This document shows positions 40,857-52,482 of a stretch of DNA of 64,000 nt, in pieces. A program made the translations under genes and the position numbers. The stretch's first letter is position 1; every line of letters starts with the position of its first letter. Source of the DNA: Deltaproteobacteria bacterium (GTDB lineage Bacteria; SAR324; NAC60-12); the NCBI GenBank assembly GCA_038150265.1, contig JAYOTF010000018.1, forward strand, positions 2,458 to 66,457, written 5' to 3'. The notes under the pieces were generated by a model. The model was given only the letters and a program-made list of their open reading frames with translations. It was not told where the DNA came from and ran no database searches.

Positions 40857-43800
40857 TTACGCCACACTTTTCTGAAAGGCGGCCCCGGGCGCAATGCCCA
40901 GCAGCGGCCCCAGAAAGCGACCGGTGGCGCTGGCCTCACAGGCCACACACGCCTCCGGTGTGCCCTCAAAGAGCAACTCCCCGCCACCGACGCCTCCAGC
41001 AGGGCCCAGGTCCACCACCCAGTCGGCCGTCTTGATCACCTCCAGGTTGTGCTCAATCATCACCACCGTGTTGCCCTCCTCCACCAACCGGTGCAGGACC
41101 TTCAGCAGCCGCGCGACGTCATCCACATGCAGGCCGGTGGTGGGCTCATCAAGGATGTACAGCGTTCCGCCCCGGGAGCGCTTGGCCAGCTCGGCGGCAA
41201 GCTTGATGCGCTGCGCCTCGCCTCCGGAGAAGGTATGCCCCGCCTGCCCGAGTTGCATGTACCCCAGGCCCACATCCACCAGCGTCTGCAGGATGCGTTT
41301 GATCTTCGGTTGCGCGTCAAACAGCTCCAGCGCCTCCACAATCTCCATCTCCAGCACATCCGCAATCGACTTTCCCCGGTACGTCACCGCCAGGGTTTCG
41401 CGGTTGAACCGCTTCCCCTTGCAGGCATCACACGGAATCCAGACATCGGAGAGGAAGTGCATCTCAATGAGGTGAAAGCCCTGCCCCTCGCAGACGGCAC
41501 AGCGCCCCTCGCTGGCATTGAATGAGAAGCGCCGCTTGGTGAACCCCCGGGCCTTGGCCTCATTCATGGACGCAAAGACATCCCGGATCGGATCCAGCAC
41601 CTTGGAGTAGGTCGCCGGGTTGGAGCGCGGGGTCCGCCCAATCGGCTCCTGATCGATCACCATCAGCTGGCTGACGTACTCCACCCCGGTCAGGCGCTGA
41701 TGCGTTCCCACGCGTCCGGCATTCTTCGTCAGCTTCTGCTGCACCGCCTTCTGCAGCACATCCACCACCAGCGACGACTTTCCGGAACCGGACACGCCAC
41801 TGACCACCGTCAGGGTTTCCAGCGGAAACGTCACCGTCAGGTCCTTGAGGTTGTTCTCAGCGGCGCCGTGAACCGTGAGCAGGCGCTGGTGATTGACGGG
41901 CCGCCGGCGCTCCGGGACCTCAATGCCCAGGGCACCGCTGAGGTACTTCCCCGTCAGAGACTCACTCTGTGCCACCTGCTGAGGCGTTCCGGTGACGACC
42001 ACCTTGCCTCCGTAGTGTCCGGCACCCGGACCAATCTCCAGTAGGTGGTCGGCCTGCTGAATGACGTCCAGGTCGTGCTCCACCAGCAACACCGTATTTC
42101 CAAGGTCCCGGAGTCGCTTGAGGGTCTGAATCAGCCGTTCGGTGTCTCGCGGGTGCAGGCCAATCGTCGGCTCATCCAGCACATACAGCACCCCCACCAG
42201 TCCGGAGCCAATCTGAGACGCCAGCCGGATGCGCTGCGCCTCGCCTCCGGAGAGGGTCGAGGCCCGCTGGTCCAGGGTCAGGTAGTCCAGCCCAACGCTT
42301 TCCAGAAACTCCAGGCGCGTTTGAATCTCCTGCAGCGGCTGCTCCGCCACCCGGGCCTCACTTGCAGAGAGCGTCCATGCCGCCAACTCCGCCCGCGCCT
42401 TCCGGACACTGAGGGTGCAGAACTGGCTGATGTTGCGTCCGTGAATCTTCACCGCCCGAACCAGGGGCTTGAGGCGTTCGCCCTCGCACGCGGGGCACAC
42501 CACGCCCTGGCGCCCCTCCCGGACCCCCAGGCCGTCACAAGTCGGGCACGCGCCCACATGCGAGTTGAAGGAGAACATCCGGGGCGTCAGCTCCTCCTCC
42601 AGGAAGAAGTCATCGGCCACATCCGCCGGCACCTCCGAAAGAAACTCGGTCTGCTTCCGATCAGGAAAGTGCAGCTTCAGCAAGCCATGCCCCTGCTGGA
42701 ACGCCACCTCAAAGGCCTCGGCGAGACGCTTCTGCTCATCGGCCTCCACGCGGATGCGGTCCACCACGAGGTCCACACTGGTGGCCTTGGTCAGCCGAGG
42801 GCGCAGGCTTTCGTCGTCCCAGTCTTCCAGCAGGAACGGCTTGTTGTTGATGGCCAGGCGAACAAAGCCCCGTTCCTTCAGCAGGCTGATGACATTCTTG
42901 AGGTGATCCGGACGGTCGAGCAGCAGCGTCTTCGAGGAGCGGGGCAGGAAGAGCGGCGCCAGCACCTCCACGCGCTCATCCGGATGCTCGGCGACCAGGT
43001 GCTGGGCGGCTCGCGTTGGGGTGAAGTGCCGGAGCGGGCGTCCGGACTCGGGTGAGTGCGGGGTGCCGATGCGAGCAAAGAGCAGGCGCAGGTAGTCGTA
43101 AATCTCCGTTGTAGTGGCCACCGTGGAGCGCGGGTTGCGGCTGGCGGTCTTCTGATCAATGGCAATGGCAGGCGAGAGGCCATCGATCGAGTCCACCGGA
43201 GGCTTGTCCATGCGTCCCAGAAAGCGCCGGGCGTACGTGGAGAGCGACTCCACGTAACGTGCCTGCCCTTCGGCAAAGATGGTGTCAAACGCCAGGCTCG
43301 TCTTCCCGGAGCCAGACAGGCCGGTGATGACGGTCAGCTGGTTGCCGGGGAGGCGCACATCGATGTGCCGCAGGTTGTTCTTCGAGGCGCCCTTCACCAC
43401 CAGGTCACGCTGCTCGGTCCGGAAGGAAACCGATGCTTCCCGAGCCGCCTCTGCAGGCTGTGCCGGCGTGACCACGGTTGGCTGCAGAAGCGGTCCCAGG
43501 AACTGCCCGGTCAGCGTTCCCTGGGCTGCCACCGCTTCAGGCGTTCCGGTGGCCACCACCTGTCCGCCGTACTTTCCACCTCCGGGTCCCAGCTCAATGA
43601 GGTGGTCCGCCACCTTGAGGACGTCCAGGTTGTGTTCAATGACCAGCACCGTGTTCCCCTGCTCCACCAGGGCGTTGAGGGCCTTCAGCAAGATGCGGAT
43701 GTCGTGAAAGTGCAGGCCTGTGGTCGGCTCATCCAGAATGTAGAGCGTCTTCCCTGTCGCCTTCTTGCGTAGCTCCGACGCCAGCTTGACGCGCTGGGCC

Positions 43801-46310
43801 TCGCCTCCGGAAAGCGTTGTGGAGGGCTGCCCCAGCTTCACGTACCCCAGCCCAATGTTCTGCAGCGTCTCCAGCGTCGGCAGGATCTTGGGCTGGCTCG
43901 CAAAGAACGCCACCGCCTCATCCACGGTCATCTCCAGCACATCAAAGATGCTCTGGTGCTTGTAACGGATCTGCAGGGTTTCCTGGTTGAAGCGCTTGCC
44001 CTGACACGTGTCGCAGGGAATCTGCACATCTGCCAGAAACTGCATCTCAATCGTCTGAACGCCGTTGCCCTGGCAGTCTTCACAGCGTCCGCCCTTGACG
44101 TTGAACGAGAAGCGTCCCTTCTTGTAGCCCCGGACCTTCGATTCCGGAAGCGCCGTGAACAGATCCCGGATCGGGTCCAGCAGCTTCGTGTAGGTCGCCG
44201 GGTTGGAGCGTGGGGTCCGTCCGATGGGAGACTGATCGATCTCGATCACGCGATCGATGTGCTTCAGTCCGGAAATGCGGTCATGTGGTCCCGGAACCGC
44301 GACACTGTTCGGAATGAGGTGCTGCGCAAGGGCCTTCTTGAGGATGCCGTCAATGAGCGAGGACTTTCCCGACCCCGACACTCCGGCGACTGCGGTGAAG
44401 ACGCCGAGGGGGAACTCAACGGTCACATTCTGCAGGTTGTTGAGCTGCGCGCCATGAACCGTCAGGCGCTGCCCGGTCAGGGGACGACGCGTCTCCGGAA
44501 CGGCGATCCGCTCCCGTCCGGCGAGGAAGCTCCCGGTCAGCGACGCCTCGGCGTTCCGGATGTGCGCCACAGAGCCCTCCGCCGTGATGTACCCGCCGTG
44601 ACTGCCAGCAAGCGGTCCCACGTCCACCAGGTGATCTGCAGCCTCAATGGTCTCTTCATCATGCTCCACCACCAGCACGGTGTTGCCTCGGTCCCGGAGC
44701 TTGTGCAGGGTCCGGATCAGCTTCTGGTTGTCACTCTGGTGCAGGCCGATGGAAGGCTCGTCCAGCACATAAAGCACCCCCTGCAGCCCGGCCCCCAGCT
44801 GTGACGCCAGGCGGATGCGCTGCCCCTCGCCTCCGGAGAGGGTGCCCGCAGAGCGGTCCAGGGTGAGGTACCCCACCCCCACATCAGCGAGAAAGCCCAG
44901 CCGCTCCCGCAGCTCCCGGAAGAGGTCCCGGCCGATTTTCTCTTCCGTGGCCGAGAGCCCAAGGGTTTCAAAGAAGCCCAGGGCTTCTTCAATGGAAGTG
45001 CTGGTGAGGTCCACAATGCCCCGCTCATGAAACTTCACGGCGCGCGCCATGGCGTTGAGGCGGTGCCCCTGACAGGTGGGGCAGGTGGCCGAGTCCTGAA
45101 ACCGCTCGAGCGGCCCCTTGACGAAGCGGAAGACGAACTCCAGCAGGGGAATGATGCCGGGCCAGTGTCCGCTCTCGATCTTCTTGCGCATCTGCCCCGG
45201 GAAGCGGAAGACGTTTGACACCCCCAGCGCAACCGTCCCCTGGCCTTCCAGAACAAGGCGTTGCTGCTCCGGGGTGAGGTCGCGCCAGCGGGCTTTCCAC
45301 GGAATCTTGAACGTCTTCGCCATCAGGTGCAGGTGCGACTCATCAATGCGGGTAAAGGTCAGGTTGCCGTTTCCCGTGAGGCACTTCAGGCAGCCTCCCT
45401 CCAGCGAAAGATCAGGGTCAATGAGCTTGCTCTCCACAAAGGTGTGCAGCGTTCCAAGACCATTGCAGGTTTCGCAGGCTCCCTGAGGCGCATTGAAGGA
45501 AAAGAGCCGGGGCTCCATTTCCGGAAGCGCCAGCTGGCACTGGGGGCAGGCGAGCAGTTGACTGAAGAGGTGGTCCGCTTCCTGGTAGTGCAGCACCACC
45601 AGTCCTTCAGAGAGCTGCAGGGCTTTTTCAACGCTCTCGGTGAAGCGGCTCTTCTCTTCCGGAAGCAGCGTCAGGCGGTCGAGCACCAGCTCAATGGTGT
45701 GCTTCTCGTAGCGGGCCAGGCTGATCTCTTCGTCCAGGCGCCGGATTTCGCCGTCAATGCGAGCCCGGACGTACCCTTCCCGGGCCCAGCCCGTCAGCTC
45801 CTTGCGGTACTCGCCCTTGCGTTCGCGGATCATCGGGGCGAGCACGAGGCACGCCTCTCCAGCTGCTTCGATAAAGGCAAAATCCGTGATCTGTTCCGGC
45901 GTCTGGGTGGTGATCGGGACCTCGCAGCTGGGACAGTGCGGGGTGCCCAGCCGCGCAAAGAGCAGGCGCAGGTGGTCGTACACCTCCGTGATCGTCCCCA
46001 CGGTTGAACGCGGGTTCCGGTTGACGGTCTTCTGGTCCACCGAAATCGTGGGACTCAGCCCCGCCATGTGCTCCACCTTCGGCTTGTCCATCTGTCCCAA
46101 AAACTGCCGGGCGTAAGGAGACAGCGACTCCACGAAGCGGCGCTGTCCCTCCTTGAAGATGGTGTCAAAGGCCAGGGAGGACTTCCCGGAGCCGCTCACC
46201 CCCGTGAACACCGTGAGGGCATTCCGCGGAAGGGTCAGGTCCACATTCTTTAAGTTGTGCTCGGCTGCTCCGACAATGATCAGTTGCTCGGCCGATTCGC
46301 GCTGGCTCAT
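40857..46310 (-). CDS. uvrA: Excinuclease ABC subunit A, tandem-duplicated (1817 aa, four ATPase modules)
   Basis: Two UvrA units, each with two G.SGSGK Walker A and (L/F)SGGE.QR signatures plus RSNPATY and FSFN...CxxC; linker at about 43400-43490. Confidence 0.96.
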   Translation of the reverse strand: MSQRESAEQLIIVGAAEHNLKNVDLTLPRNALTVFTGVSGSGKSSLAFDTIFKEGQRRFVESLSPYARQFLGQMDKPKVEHMAGLSPTISVDQKTVNRNPRSTVGTITEVYDHLRLLFARLGTPHCPSCEVPITTQTPEQITDFAFIEAAGEACLVLAPMIRERKGEYRKELTGWAREGYVRARIDGEIRRLDEEISLARYEKHTIELVLDRLTLLPEEKSRFTESVEKALQLSEGLVVLHYQEADHLFSQLLACPQCQLALPEMEPRLFSFNAPQGACETCNGLGTLHTFVESKLIDPDLSLEGGCLKCLTGNGNLTFTRIDESHLHLMAKTFKIPWKARWRDLTPEQQRLVLEGQGTVALGVSNVFRFPGQMRKKIESGHWPGIIPLLEFVFRFVKGPLERFQDSATCPTCQGHRLNAMARAVKFHERGIVDLTSTSIEEALGFFETLGLSATEEKIGRDLFRELRERLGFLADVGVGYLTLDRSAGTLSGGEGQRIRLASQLGAGLQGVLYVLDEPSIGLHQSDNQKLIRTLHKLRDRGNTVLVVEHDEETIEAADHLVDVGPLAGSHGGYITAEGSVAHIRNAEASLTGSFLAGRERIAVPETRRPLTGQRLTVHGAQLNNLQNVTVEFPLGVFTAVAGVSGSGKSSLIDGILKKALAQHLIPNSVAVPGPHDRISGLKHIDRVIEIDQSPIGRTPRSNPATYTKLLDPIRDLFTALPESKVRGYKKGRFSFNVKGGRCEDCQGNGVQTIEMQFLADVQIPCDTCQGKRFNQETLQIRYKHQSIFDVLEMTVDEAVAFFASQPKILPTLETLQNIGLGYVKLGQPSTTLSGGEAQRVKLASELRKKATGKTLYILDEPTTGLHFHDIRILLKALNALVEQGNTVLVIEHNLDVLKVADHLIELGPGGGKYGGQVVATGTPEAVAAQGTLTGQFLGPLLQPTVVTPAQPAEAAREASVSFRTEQRDLVVKGASKNNLRHIDVRLPGNQLTVITGLSGSGKTSLAFDTIFAEGQARYVESLSTYARRFLGRMDKPPVDSIDGLSPAIAIDQKTASRNPRSTVATTTEIYDYLRLLFARIGTPHSPESGRPLRHFTPTRAAQHLVAEHPDERVEVLAPLFLPRSSKTLLLDRPDHLKNVISLLKERGFVRLAINNKPFLLEDWDDESLRPRLTKATSVDLVVDRIRVEADEQKRLAEAFEVAFQQGHGLLKLHFPDRKQTEFLSEVPADVADDFFLEEELTPRMFSFNSHVGACPTCDGLGVREGRQGVVCPACEGERLKPLVRAVKIHGRNISQFCTLSVRKARAELAAWTLSASEARVAEQPLQEIQTRLEFLESVGLDYLTLDQRASTLSGGEAQRIRLASQIGSGLVGVLYVLDEPTIGLHPRDTERLIQTLKRLRDLGNTVLLVEHDLDVIQQADHLLEIGPGAGHYGGKVVVTGTPQQVAQSESLTGKYLSGALGIEVPERRRPVNHQRLLTVHGAAENNLKDLTVTFPLETLTVVSGVSGSGKSSLVVDVLQKAVQQKLTKNAGRVGTHQRLTGVEYVSQLMVIDQEPIGRTPRSNPATYSKVLDPIRDVFASMNEAKARGFTKRRFSFNASEGRCAVCEGQGFHLIEMHFLSDVWIPCDACKGKRFNRETLAVTYRGKSIADVLEMEIVEALELFDAQPKIKRILQTLVDVGLGYMQLGQAGHTFSGGEAQRIKLAAELAKRSRGGTLYILDEPTTGLHVDDVARLLKVLHRLVEEGNTVVMIEHNLEVIKTADWVVDLGPAGGVGGGELLFEGTPEACVACEASATGRFLGPLLGIAPGAAFQKSVA

Positions 46311-46633
46311 GCTGAGGGTCCACCAGGAAGGTTAAGGAGGCGTCCAAAATTCCGTTCACGAAATTCCGCTCTTGAATCCGGACAAACAGGTCAGTTTGAC
46401 ACGGAGCCGCGACCGGCTCAAGTGACGGATGGGGTTCCACCCCTGCGCTCACCGGCTTCCGGAGCCTCTGCCAACCGGGAAAAACCGGAAAAAACACCAG
46501 ACGCTCCCCAACCGTCTCCTCCGTGAGGCCTGTTCCAAAAAGAAATCAAAATCAGTTACTTTTCAGTAACCAACTGGAACCATTCATGAAAAAATCGAAA
46601 TCGAGGGCTCCGGGGCTCCTTCCAGCGCCTCAA

Positions 46634-46677
46634 TCATAACATTTATGAATAATACAATGATAAATTCAAATTTGACA
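46634..46677 (+). promoter_or_regulatory. Putative LysR recognition box and -35 element of the catabolic operon
   Basis: TCATAA-CAT-TTATGA dyad containing T-N11-A in an AT-rich patch; TTGACA at 46672-46677. Confidence 0.5.
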
Positions 46678-46755
46678 TTATACCTTGATTGAATGGAAGA
46701 TCGCCCCGTGCAAAAAGCGCGCTGTCGAGTTCGGAACATCCATCAGAGGAGACGT

Positions 46756-48372
46756 ATGAAACGAAGGGACTTCTTAAAGCGAGCAGGAATCGTGGCTGGG
46801 GCATCGGCTACCACATGGTTGCCGGGCACCGGATTTGCCGCAGGAAAGCCGGTGGAGCCAATGACGCTCCTGACCTCAAACGCCAGCTTTGACCCGGTTC
46901 GTCCGGAAATGGGACGCCTGATCACCCAGGCTTGCAAGAAGATCGGCTGGGACGTCACTCTGGCGGCAGAGGACTACAACATGGGCATCGGGAAGGTCTT
47001 CAACGAGAAGGACTTCGACATGTTCATCGTCCGCTGGACCGGACGCGCCAACCGGATTGATCCGGAGACCTTCACGGCGATGATGCATCACCGAGACGGG
47101 AACTACAACAAGTGGGGCTACAACAACGCTCGGGTCAACGAACTCAGTGACGCCCAGCAGGTGGAGATGGACCCGAACAAGCGACGGGACATCGTCCGGA
47201 ACATTCAGGAGCTGATCTACACCGATGCCGCCAGCAGCCCCATCGTCTACCCGAGCATGACAAACGCCTACCGCGAGGACCGCCTCAAGGGCCTCGTTCC
47301 GCAGGTGGGAGAAGGCATTGGCAGCCTCTGGACCGACCTCTCGGCCTACACGACCGGAGGCGACGGCTACATCCGGACGGGTCAGACGTCTCCCCTCAAG
47401 AACCTCAACCCGGTCTCGGTGACCGACTCCAACGAGTTCAAGGAGCTGCGGATGATCTACGACCGCCTCCTGCAGGTCGGTCCGGACGGCAGCCTGGAGC
47501 CCTGGGCGGCCACGTCCATCAATGCCGTGGACGCCACCACCATCGACATCACCCTCCGGGACGGCATGAAGTTCCATGATGGTCAGCCGGTGACGGTGGA
47601 AGACGTCAAGTTCACCTTTGACTACCACAAGCAGTGGAAGGCTCCGTTCTTCATCTCCTCGCTGGAGAAGTTCGAGTCGGTGGAGATCACGGGCAAGAAC
47701 ACCCTGCGCATCAAGCTGACGGCACCGCATGCCCCGCTGATGATCAACTTCTTTGCCCAGATCTTCATCCTGCCGCAGCACATCTGGAAGGACATTCCGG
47801 AGAAGGTCAACGTCGATGACGTCCTCAAGTTTGCCAACGAAAACCCGGTCGGCAGCGGCCCCTTCAAGTTTGACTACTGGGACCGCGGCAAGGAGCTGAA
47901 GGTCAGCGCCAACAAGGACCACTTCCGGGCCCCCAAGTGTGCCGGCATCATCCGGGTGACCTACGGCAGCCACGATGCCATGGCCGCAGCGATTGAGGCA
48001 GGCGAGTGCGACCGCACGCGCTACATCCTCAAGCCGGCACTTGTGGAGGACCTCAACAAGATCAACGGCATCGTCGGACGCGGCTACGCCAGCCACGGCT
48101 GGTACGGCTTCATGTTCAATCACCTCCGGGGGCCACTCCAGGATCCGGTCTTCCGGAAGGCCCTCGACCACGTGGTGCCACGTGACGTCATTCAGATGGT
48201 GGTCATGTCCGGATTTGCCGAAAAGGGCGGGTCCGTGATTGCCCCGGCCAACGAGTTCTGGCACAACGCCGACCTCAAGGCCCGGCCGTCGAACATCAAG
48301 ATGGCCCGCGAGGTTCTTCAAAGCGGAGGCTACTCCTGGGACAGCAACGGCACCCTGCTCTACCCAGCCTGA
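46756..48372 (+). CDS. Tat-exported peptide/nickel/opine (family 5) ABC substrate-binding protein
   Basis: MKRRDFLK signal; LRDGMKFHDGQPVTVEDVKFT, VGSGPFK; AGGAGA RBS. Confidence 0.9.
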   Translation: MKRRDFLKRAGIVAGASATTWLPGTGFAAGKPVEPMTLLTSNASFDPVRPEMGRLITQACKKIGWDVTLAAEDYNMGIGKVFNEKDFDMFIVRWTGRANRIDPETFTAMMHHRDGNYNKWGYNNARVNELSDAQQVEMDPNKRRDIVRNIQELIYTDAASSPIVYPSMTNAYREDRLKGLVPQVGEGIGSLWTDLSAYTTGGDGYIRTGQTSPLKNLNPVSVTDSNEFKELRMIYDRLLQVGPDGSLEPWAATSINAVDATTIDITLRDGMKFHDGQPVTVEDVKFTFDYHKQWKAPFFISSLEKFESVEITGKNTLRIKLTAPHAPLMINFFAQIFILPQHIWKDIPEKVNVDDVLKFANENPVGSGPFKFDYWDRGKELKVSANKDHFRAPKCAGIIRVTYGSHDAMAAAIEAGECDRTRYILKPALVEDLNKINGIVGRGYASHGWYGFMFNHLRGPLQDPVFRKALDHVVPRDVIQMVVMSGFAEKGGSVIAPANEFWHNADLKARPSNIKMAREVLQSGGYSWDSNGTLLYPA

Positions 48373-48451
48373 CTCCTCTCGCCTCTGGAGGTGCTGGTTT
48401 TCGAACCGGGGCCTTCAGGGGTTCGCTCTGTTTCCCCAAGGGTTCTGCTTC

Positions 48452-49438
48452 ATGCTTGACTACGTCCTCCGACGCCTGCTGTACATGCTCATCACCCTCT
48501 TTGCGGTGGCGTCCATCCTGTTCCTGCTGTTCCGACTCCTTCCGGGAGAGGCCACCATGCAGGTCATCAGTCCTGCGATGGATGAGGCAGTGCAGAAGCG
48601 CATGAAGGCGGCCTTTGGGCTCGATCTGCCCCTGTGGCAGCAGTACTTCGTGTACCTCAAGAACCTCGTCACCCTCGAGTGGGGACGGTCCTTTGTCTCG
48701 GCGCAGGAGGTCACCGCCATCATCGCCTACCGCTTCTGGAACACCCTCTTGCTCATGCTCACCGGGCTCTGCCTGACGCTGGCGCTCGGCATTGGCCTGG
48801 GCATCTGGATGGCCTGGCGCCGCAATGGTCCGCTGGATGTGGGGGGCACCATCGTCAGCCTCATCTTTCAGGCGGCCCCGCCGTTCATTACCGGGCTGCT
48901 CCTGCTGATGGTCCTCAGCTACCGGCTGGGGCTCTTTCCCACCGGAGGCATGTACCCGCCCGGACAGCGTCCGGACACCCTGCTGGACCTGCTCTTCATG
49001 CCGGCCTTCTGGGAACGCATTGTGCTGCCGACGATCACCGTGGGGATGTACTACCTGGCGACCCCGATGCTGGTGATGCGCGACAGCATGCTGGAAGTCC
49101 TCGGGAGCGACTACATTGAACTCGCCCGCGCCAAGGGGCTTCGTCCCAGCCGGGTGATGTTTCGGCATGCTGCCCGGAACGCCCTGCTTGGCGTCGTCAC
49201 CCTGGCCTCGATCATGGTGGGCTTTGCCGTTGGAGGACAGGTGGTGGTCGAATCCCTGTTTTCATGGCCCGGCATGGGGCAGCTCATGGTCGAATCAGCC
49301 GCCGCCCATGACTACCCGGTTGCACAGGGGACCTTCCTGATGCTGGCGATCCTCGTCATCGGCCTCAACTTCCTGACCGATATTCTCTACAGCTACCTGG
49401 ACCCGAGGATCAAGATGTCCTCGGAAGGAATCGCCTGA
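48452..49438 (+). CDS. Peptide-type ABC permease (OppB/DppB-like)
   Basis: YVLRRLL, FGLDLPLWQQY, DYIELARAKGL, LDPRI. Confidence 0.93.
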   Translation: MLDYVLRRLLYMLITLFAVASILFLLFRLLPGEATMQVISPAMDEAVQKRMKAAFGLDLPLWQQYFVYLKNLVTLEWGRSFVSAQEVTAIIAYRFWNTLLLMLTGLCLTLALGIGLGIWMAWRRNGPLDVGGTIVSLIFQAAPPFITGLLLLMVLSYRLGLFPTGGMYPPGQRPDTLLDLLFMPAFWERIVLPTITVGMYYLATPMLVMRDSMLEVLGSDYIELARAKGLRPSRVMFRHAARNALLGVVTLASIMVGFAVGGQVVVESLFSWPGMGQLMVESAAAHDYPVAQGTFLMLAILVIGLNFLTDILYSYLDPRIKMSSEGIA

Positions 49439-49449
49439 CGGACTCCCGC

Positions 49450-50580
49450 ATGCCTCACGCTTCTGCCATCACGGCCTACTCCGCCTACCGCATCCGCATT
49501 CCACTCCGGACGCCTTACCACCTCTCGAAGGTCTATGGCACGCTCACCCACAGTGACTCGATCCTCCTCCGGATTGAAACCGCCAACGGCACCATCGGCT
49601 GGGGCGAAGGCGACCCCGGAGGCAAGCGCTTCACCGGCGACACCCCGGCTTCTGTCATGGAGGCCGTGCGGGCGGGCGCGCTGGATGACCTCCTCGGGGT
49701 GGACCTGGCGACCTGGGTGGAACAGAGCCACGGCCGCCGCCACGCGGGCACGCTCGGCGCGATGCGCGACGTGGCCATTCACGATGCCTTCGGACGGGCC
49801 ACCCAGCGGCCGGTGTGGCAGCTGCTCGGCCCCCAAAAGCGCCAGCAGATCGACCTCCTCTGGCCCACCTCCAGCGGCTCCGCCGAAGCGGACCTCGCCC
49901 TCATCCGCGACTATGCCGCCCAGGGCTTCCGGACCTTCATGCTGAAGATGGGCGACCGTCCGATTGCAGAAGACCTGGCCCGCATCCGTCAGGTGGTCGC
50001 TGAGGCCCCGGAAGGCGTCCGCGTCATGGCGGATGCAAACCAGGGCTGGACCCGTGAAGAAGCGCAGGCGTTCATGGCCGGGGTCCGGGAGCTTCCGGTC
50101 TTGCTGGTGGAACAGCCGGTCGCTGCCGATGACCTGGAAGGGCTCCAGTCGCTTGCCGGAGGCACGGTCCCGGTCTCTGTGGATGAGAGCCTGCAGGACC
50201 TGGCCAGCGTCCAGGCGATTCTGGCGGCGGAGGCAGCAGATGTGTTCAGCATCAAGATTTCCAAAAACGGCGGACTCCAGAACAGCCTTGCCATCGGCCA
50301 GACCGTTGCGGCGCAGGGCAAGCGCATCCTCATGAACAGCATGATCGAACTCGGCCTGACCCAAAGCGCCTCCCTGCACCTGGGCTGTGTGCTCGACGGG
50401 CTCATGGACTGCGGACACGCCTACATGTCCACCCTGAGGATGGCAGACGACATCACCGATTTTTCCAGCTGGATCCGCAACGGCACCGCCACCCTTCCGG
50501 ACGCGCCGGGGCTGGGTGTGACCGTCGATGAGGCCCGGGTTCAGCAGTACCTTGTGGAGGAGCACCATGGCCGCCGCTGA
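49450..50580 (+). CDS. Mandelate racemase / muconate lactonising enzyme (enolase superfamily) epimerase-like protein
   Basis: GWGEG capping domain; MLKMG, DANQGW, EQP, DES and IKISKNGG barrel motifs. Confidence 0.88.
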   Translation: MPHASAITAYSAYRIRIPLRTPYHLSKVYGTLTHSDSILLRIETANGTIGWGEGDPGGKRFTGDTPASVMEAVRAGALDDLLGVDLATWVEQSHGRRHAGTLGAMRDVAIHDAFGRATQRPVWQLLGPQKRQQIDLLWPTSSGSAEADLALIRDYAAQGFRTFMLKMGDRPIAEDLARIRQVVAEAPEGVRVMADANQGWTREEAQAFMAGVRELPVLLVEQPVAADDLEGLQSLAGGTVPVSVDESLQDLASVQAILAAEAADVFSIKISKNGGLQNSLAIGQTVAAQGKRILMNSMIELGLTQSASLHLGCVLDGLMDCGHAYMSTLRMADDITDFSSWIRNGTATLPDAPGLGVTVDEARVQQYLVEEHHGRR

Positions 50581-51463
50581 GCACGCCCCCTTCCGGAACC
50601 TGCGGCGCGGGCTGCAGGAACACTACCGGATCATCACCTCGAACCGACTCAGCGCCACCGGGTTCGGATTCATTGTCGTGTTTGTGATCGTGGCCCTCTT
50701 TGCGCCATGGCTGGCGCCCCATGACCCATGGGAGATGCTGTACGACAGCGAGGGCAACTTTGCCTCGCTCCGGCCCCCTTCCTGGGAGTTTCCCGTGGGT
50801 ACCACGCACCTCGGGTACGACCTGTTTTCCCAGCTGATCCTTGCGACCCGGACGACGCTCCTCATCGGGGCAATCTCCGGCGGCATCTCCATTGTCATCG
50901 GAGCCAACATTGGCCTCATTGCCGGCTACTACGGTGGCAAGATCGATGAAGCCCTGATGCGCTTCACGGACATCCTCTACGGCATGCCGTTCCTGCCGTT
51001 CATCATCGTCCTCATTTCCCTGTTTGGGCGTCAGCTGGAGTTCGTGATTCTGGCAATTGTCCTCATCATCTGGCGAACCTCGGCCCGCGTCATCCGGGCG
51101 CAGACGATCTCGATCAAGCAGCGTCAGTTCATTGCCGCCGCCCGGGCCCGAGGCTGCAGCGACTTCCGGATCATCTACCGGCACATCCTCCCCAACGTCC
51201 TCCCGCTGCTCCTGCTCTATGCCGCGTTCAACATCGCGTGGTCGATCATCACAGAGGCCAGCGCCAGCTTCCTCGGCTTTGGCGATGGCGAGACGATCAG
51301 CTGGGGAGGCATGCTGTATGAGCTGTGGCTTTCCGGAAAGACCCGGGTCGCCTGGTGGTGGTTCACAGCGCCCTCTCTCTGCATCGTGCTCCTGGTCACG
51401 TCCCTCGTGTTTGTCAGCCGGGCGTATGAGGAAGTGGCCAACCCCCGCCTGAGGAAACGATGA
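50567..51463 (+). CDS. Peptide-type ABC permease (OppC/DppC-like)
   Basis: GTTHLGYDLFS, ARVIRAQ, HILPN, WGGML. Confidence 0.92.
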   Translation: MAAAEHAPFRNLRRGLQEHYRIITSNRLSATGFGFIVVFVIVALFAPWLAPHDPWEMLYDSEGNFASLRPPSWEFPVGTTHLGYDLFSQLILATRTTLLIGAISGGISIVIGANIGLIAGYYGGKIDEALMRFTDILYGMPFLPFIIVLISLFGRQLEFVILAIVLIIWRTSARVIRAQTISIKQRQFIAAARARGCSDFRIIYRHILPNVLPLLLLYAAFNIAWSIITEASASFLGFGDGETISWGGMLYELWLSGKTRVAWWWFTAPSLCIVLLVTSLVFVSRAYEEVANPRLRKR

Positions 51464-52482
51464 ACCAGAAGCGCGTTTTGGGCGTCCGGAACCTGAGCGT
51501 CCGCTACCAGACCCAGGCGGGAGCCGTGCATGCGGTCAGTGACGTTTCGTTTGATGTCTTTGAAAATGAGGTCTTCGGCATCGCCGGCGAGTCCGGATGC
51601 GGCAAGTCGACCCTGATCCGGGCCCTGATGCGCCTGCATGCCGACAATGCCACCGTCACCGCCGACGAGATTTCCTATGAGGAGCAGGACCTCCAGGGGC
51701 TGTCGGACGCGGCCTTCCGGGAGCAGGTGCTCTGGTCGCGCATGTCGCTGGTGCCACAGAGTGCCATGAATTCGCTGAACCCGGTTTACCGCGTGGGGGA
51801 CCAGGTGGTGGAAGCGATCCAGGCGCACTCCCGGAAATCCAAAGCAGAGGCTCAGGAACGCGTGGCAGAGCTGTTTGATGTGGTGGGCCTGCAGGCCGAT
51901 CTGATGCACAACTACCCACACGAATTTTCGGGAGGCATGCGCCAGCGGGCCATGATCGCCATGTCCCTGGCACTTGATCCCGGACTGATCATCATGGATG
52001 AGCCGACCACCGGACTGGACGTCCTGGTGCAGGAGCGCATCCTCCGCCGCATCCGGGAGATCCGGGAGCAGATCTCCAGCTCCATCATCCTCATCACCCA
52101 CGACATCGCGGTGATTGCCGAAATGAGCAACCGCATTGCCATCATGTACGGCGGGCAGATCATGGAGCAGGCCCCGGCGATTGACCTCTTTGAAGCACCG
52201 CATCACCCCTATACCCTGGGACTCAAGAACGCCTTTCCTTCCATCCGGAACCTCGGGCAGGAGCTGATTTCCATTCCGGGCTCTCCTCCGACGCTGCTGG
52301 GCGAGCTGACCCACTGCCCGTTTCAGGAGCGGTGTCCGTTTCGCATCGACCGCTGCCGCACCACGCTTCCGGAGGTGACGGCGCTGGCCGACCAGCATGA
52401 GGTCCGCTGCTTCCGGCATCCGGAGGCTCCGACATTACGAGAACAGGCAACCGAGAAGGCAACGTGGCGCTCCTTGAACTGA
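51460..52482 (+). CDS. Peptide-type ABC ATP-binding protein (OppD-like)
   Basis: GESGCGKST, YPHEFSGGMRQR, HPYT, C-terminal Cys cluster. Confidence 0.93.
   Translation: MNQKRVLGVRNLSVRYQTQAGAVHAVSDVSFDVFENEVFGIAGESGCGKSTLIRALMRLHADNATVTADEISYEEQDLQGLSDAAFREQVLWSRMSLVPQSAMNSLNPVYRVGDQVVEAIQAHSRKSKAEAQERVAELFDVVGLQADLMHNYPHEFSGGMRQRAMIAMSLALDPGLIIMDEPTTGLDVLVQERILRRIREIREQISSSIILITHDIAVIAEMSNRIAIMYGGQIMEQAPAIDLFEAPHHPYTLGLKNAFPSIRNLGQELISIPGSPPTLLGELTHCPFQERCPFRIDRCRTTLPEVTALADQHEVRCFRHPEAPTLREQATEKATWRSLN

Noticed and set aside
46311-46540. LexA box upstream of uvrA (AAATTCCG direct repeat)
   Set aside because: It does not match CTGT-N8-ACAG, GAAC-N4-GTTC or GTTC-N7-GTTC, so it cannot be supported.
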